This document shows positions 22,550 through 34,129 of a stretch of DNA of 64,000 nucleotides, in pieces. The notes beneath the pieces are model-generated. The model was given only the letters and a program-made list of their open reading frames with translations. It was not told the DNA's origin and did not search any database. A program made the translations under genes and the position numbers. This DNA comes from Malacoraja senta (taxonomy: Eukaryota): assembly GCA_038087875.1 (NCBI GenBank), contig CM075997.1, forward strand, positions 8,124,001 to 8,188,000, given 5' to 3'. Numbering within the stretch: position 1 is the stretch's first letter; the number at the start of each line of letters is the position of its first letter.

Positions 22550-25500
22550 TTTTACTTCGGAGTCACGTGAGTGACTAGGTGAAGAAGGCCGTCAGCCCGC
22601 ATGCGCGCCTCACACGTGGCGCGCGACTGGCTGGCAGGCGCGCTGCTCCTCCAGCGCTAAGTTTCAAACCTGAAGGTAAGTTTTAAACTTATTTTTCATG
22701 TTGTGCTTTTACCTTGCAGGAAGCTCTCTGCAGAGTTCCTGCTGGATGTCGCTCCGGGGAATCCCGGCTCCGCGGGGATACCCGACTGCGGAGACCGCGG
22801 GAAATCCCGGCTCCGCGAAAGGAACCCAGCTCGGGGAAACCCGGAAGCGGAGACCGCGCGAAATTCCGGCTCCGCGAAGGGAAACCCAGTTCGGGGAAAC
22901 CCAGAAGCGGAGGCCACGTTAAATCCCGGCTCCGCGAGGGGAACCCAGCTCGGGGATAACCCGGCTGCGGAGACCGCGGTGTATCCCGGCTCCGTGAAGG
23001 AAAACTCGGGTCGGGGGGAAACCCGGCCACGGTGACCGCCGGCTGCGGAAGCCACGGGAAACCCCGGCTCCGTGGGAAATACCGGCTCGGCAGGCCAGTT
23101 AACATTGAAATAGTCTGGCCAGAAGAGATTCACCTCCTGTAGTGGGAGTGTCTTCGGACGTTTCTTTGCCGGATAGAGCATCTCATGGAGAGATGGTCCA
23201 CCTGATACTCCATGAAAGGGAGTAATATCAGCGCGGGTCTCGGGGGCCCGCAGCAGCGCCTGGTACAGGGCTGCATTATATCTCCCTATCTGAGGAGGGG
23301 AGCTAGGCAGTCACAGTTTGGTGGTATGTCGTGATGGAACTTTCCAAGACACGCCAACTGCGTGATAGGGACCTGCAGCAACGCCTGTTGCAGGGCTGCA
23401 TTATATCTCCTTCTCTGAGGAGAGGAGCGTAGGCAGTCAGTGTGTGTCTGACTCCAAATTCAGAAGTATGTCCGTGAAACATACTGGAGGGCATGCGTGA
23501 GGTCAGAGTTCTGTCATGGCATTAAGGATTGCGATATCCACGCAAACGGAGCAGCCGCTGCAAGGAAAAGTTGGCTTCCAGCCTATGGCAGAAAACCTGG
23601 AGCTTGGTAAGCATCTATGACCTCACGTCACATCATTACAGAGTGCCGGCAGTGAACAGTGCTATCTGGGGAGCGCGAGGCCAGCAATGTCCAGCCGCCG
23701 AATCTTCTCCTTGGAGAAAAACGTAGCCAAACAGGCAAAAAAACTGGATGAGGTAGTAAAGCTGTCAACTACGACGAGCAAAAGCCTCACCGTTGCGGCG
23801 ACTACATCCCGACGCCTCCATCCGCAGTAAGTGGTTCACTGAAGCTGGTGGCAGCTTGAAAGCTGATCCTCTGGGCATAGGTCTTTTAGGCCAATGCCCA
23901 AGACGGCCCTGAGGGAAAATGTGCAATCCACGCACCCCAGCAGTCCTATCCTCCAAATTCAAGGATGGAATCAAAACTTGAGGACGTACGTGTGGTAATA
24001 GATTGCACTGTTTTGCACGTATATCGAGATATTGGGTTCCCATTCACAGGGTTCACCGAAGATATTTGAAATTTAGCTGGATGGGCAACGATAGCAGTTA
24101 AAGCGTTGCGAAATGGGCTAACTTCAGCTTCCAGGTTCTTTGCCAAATTACCAAACCAGTGCTTGGGCTTCTCAAAGCTCGAAAGTACATAATTATGGCC
24201 TATTTGGATGATATTCTAAAACGCCGAATCTTGCTAAATTAGCTGTTTCAGCCACAAAACTCATATTTGAGAAATAGGGGTTTCTCATCCATCCAGTTAA
24301 AATTAAGTTGATAATAACTAGAGTTGCGATGTACCTCTAACTCTATTGATTGTCTGCGACTCCGCCCTGGGACAAGAGATTGTGGCCAGTGTAAATTGGC
24401 AATTTAGTGGTCATTTTTTACAGATCTATGCCTTTACCAGCTGAAGCTATGTCACAATGATGGACAAACAGTATTCAGCATTGCTCCAGTATTTTGGGGC
24501 ATTTTTACCTTCAGTTATGTTACAAACTATGCTAGTACTCAAAGGTGGGGAATTACTATCCCATCTCTAGTCACAGAAGCGGATGGGATATGCATGATTT
24601 ACCAATCCATCAGTTATGTGGTATCAACTACCTAAAATCACTGGGTGCATTCTATGGGTTAAAGCTTATTGTGCGAATATGCATATCTGCATGCTCACCT
24701 AGAAGCTGCCACACTACGATGGTGGCGTATTTCAATCACATGGGTTCAATTAAGTTAATATCCTGTGAGAGCTTACCTAACCTTATTTGGCGCTGGTGTA
24801 TCATGACGTTGATCAATGACAACACTATGAATGTTGGATCACAAAGTATTTAATGACATTGGGGAGGAATGTTCGTTATGTCTTCCTCCATTTTGCCTCA
24901 TCAGTACGGACTGTCAGGATGTAGGGTGGATGTAATCACTGTGGCCTGAAGAGATGGTACCAAGAAACAGTACATCTTCTATATCAAGGAATGGTAAGCG
25001 TCCTGTTTACAATCCAATATATTGCATGACACGGTACGTATAACAGATGTCTGTATTCCTCTCAAAGCTATATTTCACGAGAGATGGAGTTATACATATT
25101 ATGCCAGTAGTGCCTTGTGGTCCTACTTTCTGCTGGGGTCGGCACACCACGCTGTCAGGTATCGACTTCTGATATCCAGATTTATGAAGGTATCTTCAAC
25201 TCAAATCCCCCCCAGGCCCAGGTGCTCAGCGATTTGGGAAGTTTATGTCCTGCTGACGCTGCGTCGCCGGTAGGCTCCAGCTACATTCCTGTCCTCGGTC
25301 TATTCACTTACAAAGTGGTTATCCTCATGGCATTAGGTTCAGCGCAACGGGCACAGTCATTGCATAAGCTACGACTGGACAGGATGGTTACAGCTACAAA
25401 TAATATGATACTTTATGTTCAGGACTTAGTCTTGCAGGGTAGATTGCGAGCGTCAGGTCTCAAACTAGTCTCATGGCGTACCCCATGGACCTTTGGTGGT

Positions 25501-26252
25501 GTGTGTGGTCACACATCTTCAACAGTCATTATGTCACCTAAAGCCTTAGAGGCTCTGAACTAGCAATGTTTGTTTGATACAAAAAAACTCATACGGCTGC
25601 AACATCATCAGCAGCGAGGGTTGTGAATGTTTCGCTGGCCCTCATTCTAGTGACTGCAGGATGGTCAAACCAGCGAATTTCGAAATGTGCTATAATAAAC
25701 CCATTTGCCAGACCGGGGGTATTTACCAACCGTATTTTTAGGTTCTATTTTTTAATTCCTCCTGGATGAGTGGGATTACCATTATCATCATTAAAAAGCA
25801 ACAGCGTGTTTCAATTTATGTCATGCTTTTTTAAATTTCACTCATCCCTGGTCAATTGATGCAGTGTGTGACGCATGGACTCGTTTCCACGGCATGAAAT
25901 CACAGAGCTTCAAAATCTTCACGTAGTCACTCACGTGACTCCGAAGTAAAATGGTAAGATTAAACGAGAACTTACCAGTTTGAAGTTTGATCTTTATTTT
26001 ATGAGGAGTTACGATGAGCGATTACGTGCCCTCCGCTCCCAACCCTCTCTCATAAAGATCAGCAGGGAGCTCTAATTTCACGAATCTTACTATATTCAGT
26101 TCATCAACTGTTATCTGTAATTTCACACCGCTGCTTTGAAGATTGACGCGCATGCGCGTTGACGGCCTTCTCACGTAATCGCTCATCGTAACGCCTCATA
26201 AGATAAAGATCAAACTTCAAACTGGTAAGTTCTCGTATAATCTTACTATTTT
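22550..26252 (+). mobile_element. DIRS1-type tyrosine-recombinase retrotransposon with both termini and ICR; coding region decayed
   Basis: RT MAYLDDIL (YLDD at 24201-24212), RNase H-like TTMVAYFNHMG, and recombinase YKVVILMALGSAQRAQSLHKL plus ILVTAGWS. Inverted terminal similarity between about 22579-22609 and 26147-26175. The ICR at 25916-26028 is complementary to the left end (22550-22585) joined to the right end (26172-26252). Confidence 0.9.
22753..23090 (+). repeat. About 60-bp GC-rich tandem repeat in the DIRS gag region
   Basis: ccggctccg recurs near 22764, 22807, 22866, 22926, 22986 and 23063. Confidence 0.85.
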
Positions 26253-26371
26253 GGATGATCAGCTATGATCATATTGAATTGTGATGCTCGGTCGAACGGC
26301 CAAATGACCTACTCTTGCACCTATTTTCTATGTATCTGTTTCTATGTTTTAATGCTTCTATGCAAATCCGC

Positions 26372-26566
26372 GTTTAAACCGAAGATAGACCCAAAATGCT
26401 GGACTAAATGGCAGCATCTCTGGAGCGAAGGAATGGGTGACATTTCCGGTCGAGACGCTTCTTCAGAGTCTGATGTAGGGTCTCGACCAGAATCGTCGCC
26501 AATTTATTTTCTCCAGAGATGCTGCCTGTCCAGCTGTGTAACTCCAGCATTTTGTGTCTATCTCCG
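26372..26566. mobile_element. Palindromic element of two inverted Penelope pLTR tails with degenerate hammerheads
   Basis: The arms gatagacccaaaatgctgga..ggcagcatctctggag..cttcag and ctgatgtagggtctcgacc..ctccagagatgctgcc..tccagcattttgtgtctatc are reverse complements around a centre at about 26468. Confidence 0.8.
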
Positions 26567-26574
26567 GAGATTAC

Positions 26575-27412
26575 CGGTGGCGCTGTTGCTAGCTGCCTCC
26601 GCCTTCAGTCCGGTATCTTTTTGTTTTTTTTGTTATGTTTGAAGAACGTTTTTTGTGGGGTTTTTGTCTTTATGTGGGGGGGAAGAAGGTACGGTAAGGG
26701 GCATACCGTCCTTCGGTCGCTTCCTGGAGAGGACGCGACTATTTTTCGAGTCGCGTCCTCGCCCCCCCCCTCCCCCGCGGCGTACCTACTGGATTGGCGC
26801 GGCCTTTCCTGCCGGGACCGACCAGAGATCCAGCAGCAGCGGCGCAGCGTTGGATACATCGCGGGGCGGGCGATGCCTTACCGGGGATCGCCGTTTGGAG
26901 CTCCGGAGTGCTGGGCCTGCTGCACCGACATCGCGGAGCTGTGGTTCGCGGAGCTCCCAACGCGGGCGGCGCTGACCAACATCGCGGAGTCCTGCGATTC
27001 CACCCGGCTCGGCCTGTGGACTTCGGGAGCCGTGGACTCCGGTGGGAGGTGGCTGATTTGGAGGTCCGGGCCACCGAGGATGTTCTCCGTCGGGGTTCCA
27101 TCGTTCCCGGCGTGAGGGCCTGAGCATTGGGCCGCCCGTGGTGGCGACTGCGGGTGCTCGGGAGGCCCCGACTACGGGTGAACATGTGGGAAGATCGGCG
27201 GGGAGGCTGGCTGGATTATGGTACCTTCCTTAACTTTGGTGCCGCTGTGGGGTTATGTTGTGTCGTGGACTTCTGGGTTTGTGCTTTTTTTATTTATTAT
27301 TTTTTTATTGATTTATTATTTATTTTTATGATACATGACTGTAAGGAAAATCCATTTCGTTGTCTCTTGTGAGATAATGACAATAAATTGAATACAATAC
27401 AATACAATACAA
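26575..27412 (+). mobile_element. GC-rich non-autonomous retroelement with a Rex1-like tail
   Basis: CpG-rich body with no recognisable protein, ending tgacaataaattgaa(tacaa)n like the Rex1-type tails in this window. Confidence 0.5.
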
Positions 27413-27456
27413 TTATGCTTCATGTTCTTCTCTACTTTCAATTGTTTCCGTTATAG

Positions 27457-27747
27457 ATCCACCAACCCCACCAAAGATTTTTCTTGATAAATCGATTGGG
27501 GTGTATTTGCGGAAAGAAACGGTTACACTTACCTGCAATATAACAAAAGAATCCTACCACAACGTGGAATTCTACAAAGAAAACCATCTGCTTACCTCTC
27601 GGCAACTCGTCATTGAGGATAACACTGCAATGTTCACTGTTTCAAAAGCAAATCAAGGAGGACGGTACCGATGCAGATACAGCACGACTTTGTCCGGAAG
27701 GCCAATTCGCTCCTACCTCAGCGAACCTGTGAGGGTCACGATAGCAA
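27457..27747 (+). CDS. Ig-domain exon D4, same family
   Basis: Acceptor tttccgttatag|, donor |gtaagt, 291 nt, phase 1-1. Encodes DPPTPPKIFLDKSIGVYLRKETVTLTCNITKESYHNVEFYKENHLLTSRQLVIEDNTAMFTVSKANQGGRYRCRYSTTLSGRPIRSYLSEPVRVTIA. Confidence 0.92.
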
Positions 27748-27847
27748 GTAAGTCTACTGAGGCTGTAAAAAAATGTTTGCGCATTTGGTGCGAAGATTTG
27801 GCGTCACGGACAACAGTGGGTGGATACAGATAACACTTTTAATCGAC

Positions 27848-29262
27848 ACTAGACCAAGTGCAGAGCCGTTGGGTCTGCTCCTCCAAAGTAATATTCCACC
27901 ACTCACCCGTTCCTCCAACGCAACCCGTTCCGCCAACGTAACATTGGACCACTCACGCCCAGCCCCCAACAGCACAGGAGCGTCGCATTTTTCTCAGCAC
28001 TCCCTCCTCCTCTTCTTCACCGTCCCTCTTCAATCCCTAGAGAGGGAGGGGGGATAGAGAGGGAGGGTGGTAGAGGGATGGGAGGTAGAGAGAGAGGGGT
28101 GGTAGAGAGGGATGGGTTGTTGAGAGGGAGTGGTGGTAGAGAGGGAGGGGGTAGAGAGGGAGGGGTAGAGAGGGAGGTGGGATAGAGAGGGAGGGGGTAG
28201 AGAGCAACGGGGAAATGAGGGAGGGAGGTATAGGGAGCGGGGTAGAGAAACAGGTGGGTAGAGAGGGAGGGGAGGGAGTCGTGTGGGAGGCGGAGGGTGT
28301 ACAGGGGGAGAGGGAGGGTAGGGGAGTGGAGAGGGACGGTTGAGGTGGGGGGGGGGTAGAGAGTGAGAGCGGCAGAGAGGGAGAGGGAAGAGAGAGAGAG
28401 GATGGGGTAGAGGAAGAGGGTGGTAGAATGGGGGCAGGGAGGGTAGAGATGGCGAGGGCGAGCGAGTGAGAGGGAGGGGGTAGAGAGAGTGGGAGTGAGG
28501 GTAGATAGGGAGCGGGCAGAGAGTGGGAGGGAAGGTAGAGAGGGGGGGATGAGAGAGGGAGTGTAGATGTGAAAACTATCCTCCCTACCCCCTCCTCTCC
28601 CTCAATCCCCCCATCTCCCTCCTCACCTCCCCAGGATCTTTCCCGTCTCCTCCTCCCCTACCCCAATCACACCTTCACCTCTCTTTTCCTTTCCTTTCCC
28701 CTACCGCCGCCGCTGTTCCATCTCCGTGAGGCCTCACCGCCGCCACAACGACCCGTTGTCGCGATACCTCACCGCCGCTACGGCCCCATCGTTGCGAGGC
28801 CTCACCACTGCGTTCTCAAAGATTCCTTCACTGCCGCGGTCTCGATGTCTCATTGATGGCAGCCTAAAACCCAAGCCAGGGTGTCGCGGGTAGAAGGCTG
28901 GGTCGGAAAAAGCGGAACGTTAATTTAAATGCGGCATTCCCCCAGATGTCTCTGGAAGCTGGTGGCTGCCCACTCCCCCCTGATGGCCGCCCACACCCCT
29001 TTGTGACATAACGTCAAGTGGGTTGAAGGAGGTTTGCCGTTTAAAAAGTTGGATTTCGCTATTTTCAAAACGCTATAACGTGAAATGTAGCATGACATGT
29101 GAAATGAAGCAGTTTATTTTGTTGAGGGGGTTAATGTGATTATTAGTTTGAGAAAAATTCTGCGCCAGCGCGTGGCGTTTTGACGAACGTGGAAAGACAC
29201 ATACACACGCATACACGCACATACACATAACTAAAAGATGAGACTTTTATAGGGATAGAGAT
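27848..29262 (+). mobile_element. Possible Helentron-associated (HINE/DINE-like) non-autonomous element containing a polypurine tract
   Basis: Starts actag, followed by a short hairpin gcagagccgttgggtctgc. It has an internal GA-rich tract (28040-28565), a CA-rich microsatellite near the 3' end, and ends ttttatagggatagagat. Confidence 0.4.
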
Positions 29263-29639
29263 TTTGGAAAGATACGTGGAGCTGTACAGTTCAGCGGACG
29301 AGGGCCAAATACAGTCAATTGGGACTAGCGCAGAAGTGCTGTTCAGGCATGTTGTATAACTCTATGTCTCAATGACTAAAAGCATTTATTACCAATCCCT
29401 AACTGTTATCGTGGAATGACGGTTTCATTCCCAAGTCCTCCTATACAGCTGTAATGTTGCAATCTCTTTGCATCGAACTGTGAACCATGGTGATAATATT
29501 GTGTATATGCTATATTAATCCAATTTTCAAGACATAGCCTTCGAACGTGGCCGTCTAAAGTGCTCACCTGGAAATTTCTCCAATGCTGCCAGTTACTCAG
29601 CCAATTCATTCTCGCACTGACCACCCTCTGGGTGGTGAC

Positions 29640-29900
29640 GGATACGGAGTCCCCAAAAGCCCCATCCCCTATATTCCATAACGATCATACTCTGATATGT
29701 ACCTGCAATGGATCGGAAATTTCGCGTAAACATCTATTTTTTATACAAATGATTAGTTGACCGACTCCTGCACCACCTCGGAAAGCGTAATATTAAAACA
29801 ATCAAGGTCCGTTAGCCACAAACAATCATGTCAGTACAATATAAATATGCTCCCCGTGCTATTGGAAGAGTCGCTGGGGACTTGGGAGGTCCATCTCGCT
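29640..29900 (+). pseudogene. Decayed Ig-domain exon
   Basis: acctgcaat..ctattttttatacaaatgattagttgacc..gttagccacaaacaatcatgtcagtacaatataaatatg is colinear with D2 gcctgcaac..tacttttacagaaataatgcacttttgacc..gttagtcat..tggtacaaatgcaaatacg. It carries frameshifts, a stop and loss of the second Cys. Confidence 0.5.
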
Positions 29901-30483
29901 TGCCGTGGGAGGTCCGTCTCGCTGCTGGTCGTATTCGACTGCCTACGGGAACTGGCGGTCCGATCTTAGCTTCATCTTGGCGAACGAGACCGTTCCGAAT
30001 AGGAATTATAGTGAGATGGCAGAAAGTAGATGGTAGGCCACAGAAGAAGGAACAGGCCGCGGGCAGAGAATGAAGATTGATCGTACCAATTCCTCTCGAA
30101 ACAAATATTTATTTCGGAGGCTCTCCGTTCAGGGGCGTGGCTACACAGCGGAGAACAGCGACAGCAGTCAGGTTGTACGGCACCAGGCCTGCGTCTGAGG
30201 TATACCGGCACAGAAGACAAGAGTGAAGTCAGACAGAGCAATTATGGTGTCATTCGTTATGAAAGCAGGCACCACATTCTGTGCGCGTATGGGGCTCAAA
30301 CATGACATTGCCTCCCTAGTCCCAGGCTCCATAAAGTCTTGAAGCGGCTGCAGTTCATTCCACGGTGCGAAGATGAGCAGTCAGAATTCCCAGTTTCACG
30401 TTTGCCCCAATGACATATGTTGGAAATGGGAAGAGATCCTGCGGGCTGAATGCGGGGAAATAGGGAACAAGTTCACAAGCAGC

Positions 30484-30803
30484 AAGGTGGCGCTGCGGTG
30501 GAGTTGCTACCTTACAGCACTTTCGGCGTCAGACACCCGGGTTCGATTCCGAATACAGAGTTTATATGTTCTCCGCGTGACCGCGTGAAATTTCTCCAAG
30601 ATCTTTGGTTTCCTCCCACTCTCCCACACTTCAAAGATGTAGAGGTTTGTAGGTTAATTGGCTTGGAATTAAATGTAAATTGTCCCCAGTGTGTAGGTTA
30701 GTGCGAGTGCGCGGGGTCGCTGGTCGTCGTGGACTCGGTGACATGAATGGCCTGTTACAGTGATGTATCTCTAAATTAAACTATACTAAACTAAACTAAA
30801 CAA
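30484..30803 (+). mobile_element. tRNA-derived SINE (HE1/V-SINE-like) with a CR1-type tail
   Basis: A box tggcgctgcgg, B box ggttcgattcc, V-domain-like ggtttcctcccact..caaaga..aggttaattggc, and a (ctaaa)n tail. Confidence 0.8.
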
Positions 30804-30809
30804 AAGATG

Positions 30810-32125
30810 ACCTCAAGGGGAAGCATCTCTAGATTACTCTCAGTGCCGTGTTCTGGTTACCGTGTTGGAATAAGAAGATAGGATTCACGAAGTTGTACCC
30901 TTTACGAACATTCTACTCTGTCTAGCGGTGCAGGTCCTCAGCTCAACAACTTTTCTTTCGGCTCTTCCCACTTCCTTCATGTTAGAAAAACGTCGCCATG
31001 GGCACTCGAATGGGCCACAGCTTTGCGTGCCTCTTTGTAAGGTATGTCGAACAATCCCAGTTCTATGTGTAAACTAGCCCTATTCATTGAAAGTAGGAAT
31101 ACAGGTGCAGCAGGCAGTGAAGAAAGCAAATGGTATGTTAGCATTCATAGCAAAAGGATTTGAGTATAAGAGCAGGGAGGTTCTACTGCATTTGTACAGG
31201 GTCTTGGTGAGACCACACCTGGAGTATTGCGTACAGTTTTGGTCTCCTAATCCGAGGAAAGACATTCTTGCCATAGAGGGAGTACAGAGAAGGTTCACCA
31301 GACTGATTCCTGGGATGGCAGGACTTTCATATGAGGAAAGACTGGATAGACTCGGCTTGTACACGTTGGAATTCAGAAGACTGAGGGGGGATCTTATAGA
31401 AACTTACAAAATTCTTAAGGGGTTGGACAGGTTAGATGCAGGAAGATTATTCCCGATGTTGGGGAAGTCTAGAACTAGGGGTCACAGTTCAAGGATAAGA
31501 GGGAAGACTTTTAGGACCGAGATGAGGAAATCATTTTTTACACAGAGAGTGGTGAATCTGTGGAATTCTCTGCCACAGAAGGTAGTTGAGGCCAGTTCAT
31601 TGGCTATATTTAAGAGGGAGTTAGATGTGGCCCTTGTGGCTAAAGGGATCAGGGGGTATGGAAAGAAGGCAGGGGTTGGATAATGAGTTGGATGATCAGC
31701 CATGATCATATCAAATGGCGGTGCAGGCTCGAAGGGCCGAATGGCCTACTCCTGCACCTATTTTCTATGTTTCTATGTTTCTATTCCTAAACTCTATCTC
31801 CGCTACATTGACGATTGCATTGCAGCTACCTCCTGCACCCATGCAAAACTCGTGGTCTTCATTAACTTCACTACCAATTTCCATCCTGCTGCTAAATTAA
31901 CTTGGATATCGCCGACATATCCCTCCTCTTTCTTGATCTCACCGTCTCCATCACACGTGATAGACTATACACTGACGTCGTCTAAAAATCTACTAATTCC
32001 AACAGCTATCTAGACTGCATTTCTTCCCACAACGCCTCCTGCAAATACTCTATCCACGAATCCCAACTCCTCCGTCTCCGCTGCATCTGAGCTCGAGAAG
32101 AGATGTTCCATAACATCCTCATTCT
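30810..32125 (+). mobile_element. Degraded Penelope RT fragment split by a CR1 insertion
   Basis: gccatgggcactcgaatgggccacagc (AMGTRMG) lies before the CR1 and LYLRYIDDCIAATSCT after it. Confidence 0.8.
31086..31780 (+). mobile_element. Young CR1 3' end with an open ORF (31087-31683)
   Basis: 198-aa CR1 ORF2 C-terminus and (ctatgttt)n tail; ctattc is duplicated at 31080 and 31781. Confidence 0.93.
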
Positions 32126-32129
32126 GAAG

Positions 32130-33350
32130 AGGTAAATAGCAGGACAGACAAAAGATATTCAGTAGATGTTGTTTGCTTAGATTTTCAGAAAGCTTTTGAT
32201 AATGTGCCACACGTTAAGCTGCTTAGTAGGATGAGAGCTCACTGTATCAAAGAGCAGATACTAGCATGGATAACAGGTTGGCTGGATGACAGAAGATAAA
32301 GAGTGGCAATAAGGGGTCTTTTACTGGTTGGCCTCCAGTGACTAGTGGAGTTCCGCGAGGGTCTGTTCTGGGGCCGCTACTCTTCACGTTGTATATTAAT
32401 GATTCGGACGACGGGATTGATGGCTTTGTGGAAAAGTTTGCGGATTATACGAAAATAGGTAGCGGGGCAGGTAGTGTAGAGAAAGCAGGGACTCTGCAGA
32501 AAGTCTTGGACAGGTTGGGAGAGTTGACAGAAAACTGCCAGATGGAATATTATGTAGAAAAGTGTGGAGTCATGCATTTTGATAGTGGGAATAAAGTCGT
32601 AGACTATTTTCTAAATGGGTTGAGAATCCAGAAATCGGAGGTGCAAATGGACTTGGGTATGCTGGTGCAAGATTCCCAAACAGTTAATACTCCAATCGGT
32701 AGTAAATAAAGCAAAGTCAATGCTAACATTTATCTCAAGTGGGCTTAGAGACGAAAACAGGGATGTAATGTCGAGGCTCTATAAGGCGTGGTAAGGCCGA
32801 ATTTGGAATATTGTGAACAATTTTGGGCACCATATTTGTGGAAGGAGTGCTTGCTCTTGAGAAGGTCCAGAAGAGGTTTGCAAGAATTATCGCATGAATG
32901 AGTAGGTTAACCGATGATGAGCGTTTGTCGGCACTGGGCCTGTACTCGCTGGAGTTTAGAAGAATGTGGGAGGGACCTCATTGAAACACATAGAATAGTG
33001 AAAGGCTTGGATTGAGTGGATGTGGAGAAGATGTTTCAACTAGTGGGAGAGTATAGAACTAGCCTCAGAATTAAAGGCCGTTCTTTTAGCAAGGAGTTAA
33101 GGAGAAATGTATTTAGTCAAATGGTGGTGAATATGCGGAATTCTTTGCCACAGAAGGCTGTGGTGGCCAAACAGTTGATATTTTTAAGGCAGAGCTAGAT
33201 AAATTGTTGATTACTACAGATGTCAGAGGTTATGAGGAGAAGGTAGGAGAATGGGGTTAGAAGGGAGTGATAGTTCAGCCATGATTGAATGGCGGAGAAG
33301 ACTTGATGGGCCGAATGACCAAATTCTACTCTTCGTCCGCATGACCTTAT
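32130..33350 (+). mobile_element. Degraded CR1 RT fragment
   Basis: GVPRGSVLGPLLFTLYIND..FADYTKIG in ORF 32338. Confidence 0.85.
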
Positions 33351-33354
33351 GACG

Positions 33355-34040
33355 TTAATTCCCACCACTTTATGCGAAAATGCTGCCTTTCAAATTCCTA
33401 TTAATATTTACACCTTCACTTTAATACTATGTCCTCTGATCCACGATTCGCCTCCTCTGGCCCAGAGACTCTGTGCATCTACCCGATCTATTCCTCTCAT
33501 GATTTTACACAAGTCAAAAATATCACTTCCCATCCTTCTGCATTCCAAGGAATATGTCCCAGCCTACGCAACCTCCCCCTATGACCTGCAACATCCTCGT
33601 AAATCTTCTATCTACTGTAGGCAGCTCGACAACATTTTTCTATAACACGGTGCCCAGAACTGAACACAATACTCTAAATGCTGCCTCACTGATGTCTTAT
33701 ACAACTGCAATATGGTATCTCAACATCTATGCTCAATACTCTGATTGATGAAGGCAAACGTGCCTAAAGCCATTTTGACCACTCGATCTACCTGCGACTC
33801 CAAGTTCAAGGACCAATGCACTTGCACTCCTAGATCCCCATGCTTTACAACCATCCCCAGAGCCCAATCATTTATTGTGTTAATCCTGTTCATGTTAGAC
33901 TTACCAAAATACAAATTTTCTATATTAAATCCCATCAAACATTCATCAGTCCACCTGGCCAATCGATCAAGATCCTGCTGCAATGTGTCACAACCATCTT
34001 GACTATCTGCAAAACCACCCACGTTTGTATCATCTGTAGC
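33355..34040 (-). mobile_element. Degraded CR1 fragment
   Basis: DDTNVGG..LQQDLDRLARW..ESQVDRVVK in ORF 33720-34091. Confidence 0.8.
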
Positions 34041-34129
34041 GTGCACCCTCCAGTGTGTTACTCCAGCGTGTTGTGTCAATCTTCGATGCATAGGGCGGGC
34101 GCGTCCAAAGCTAAGGGTCTAAATTAGGG

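Noticed and set aside
22753..23090. Repeat array superficially like CRISPR
   Set aside because: The whole units are homologous with no unique spacers; eukaryotic context inside a DIRS element and no cas genes.
26519..27185. Several overlapping 100-200 aa ORFs (also 53252-53761 and 22689-23181)
   Set aside because: High GC suppresses stop codons in all frames, and no recognisable domain is present.
30484..30552. tRNA gene (also 18060-18129 and 48855-48915)
   Set aside because: A and B boxes are present but run into SINE bodies; no complete cloverleaf.
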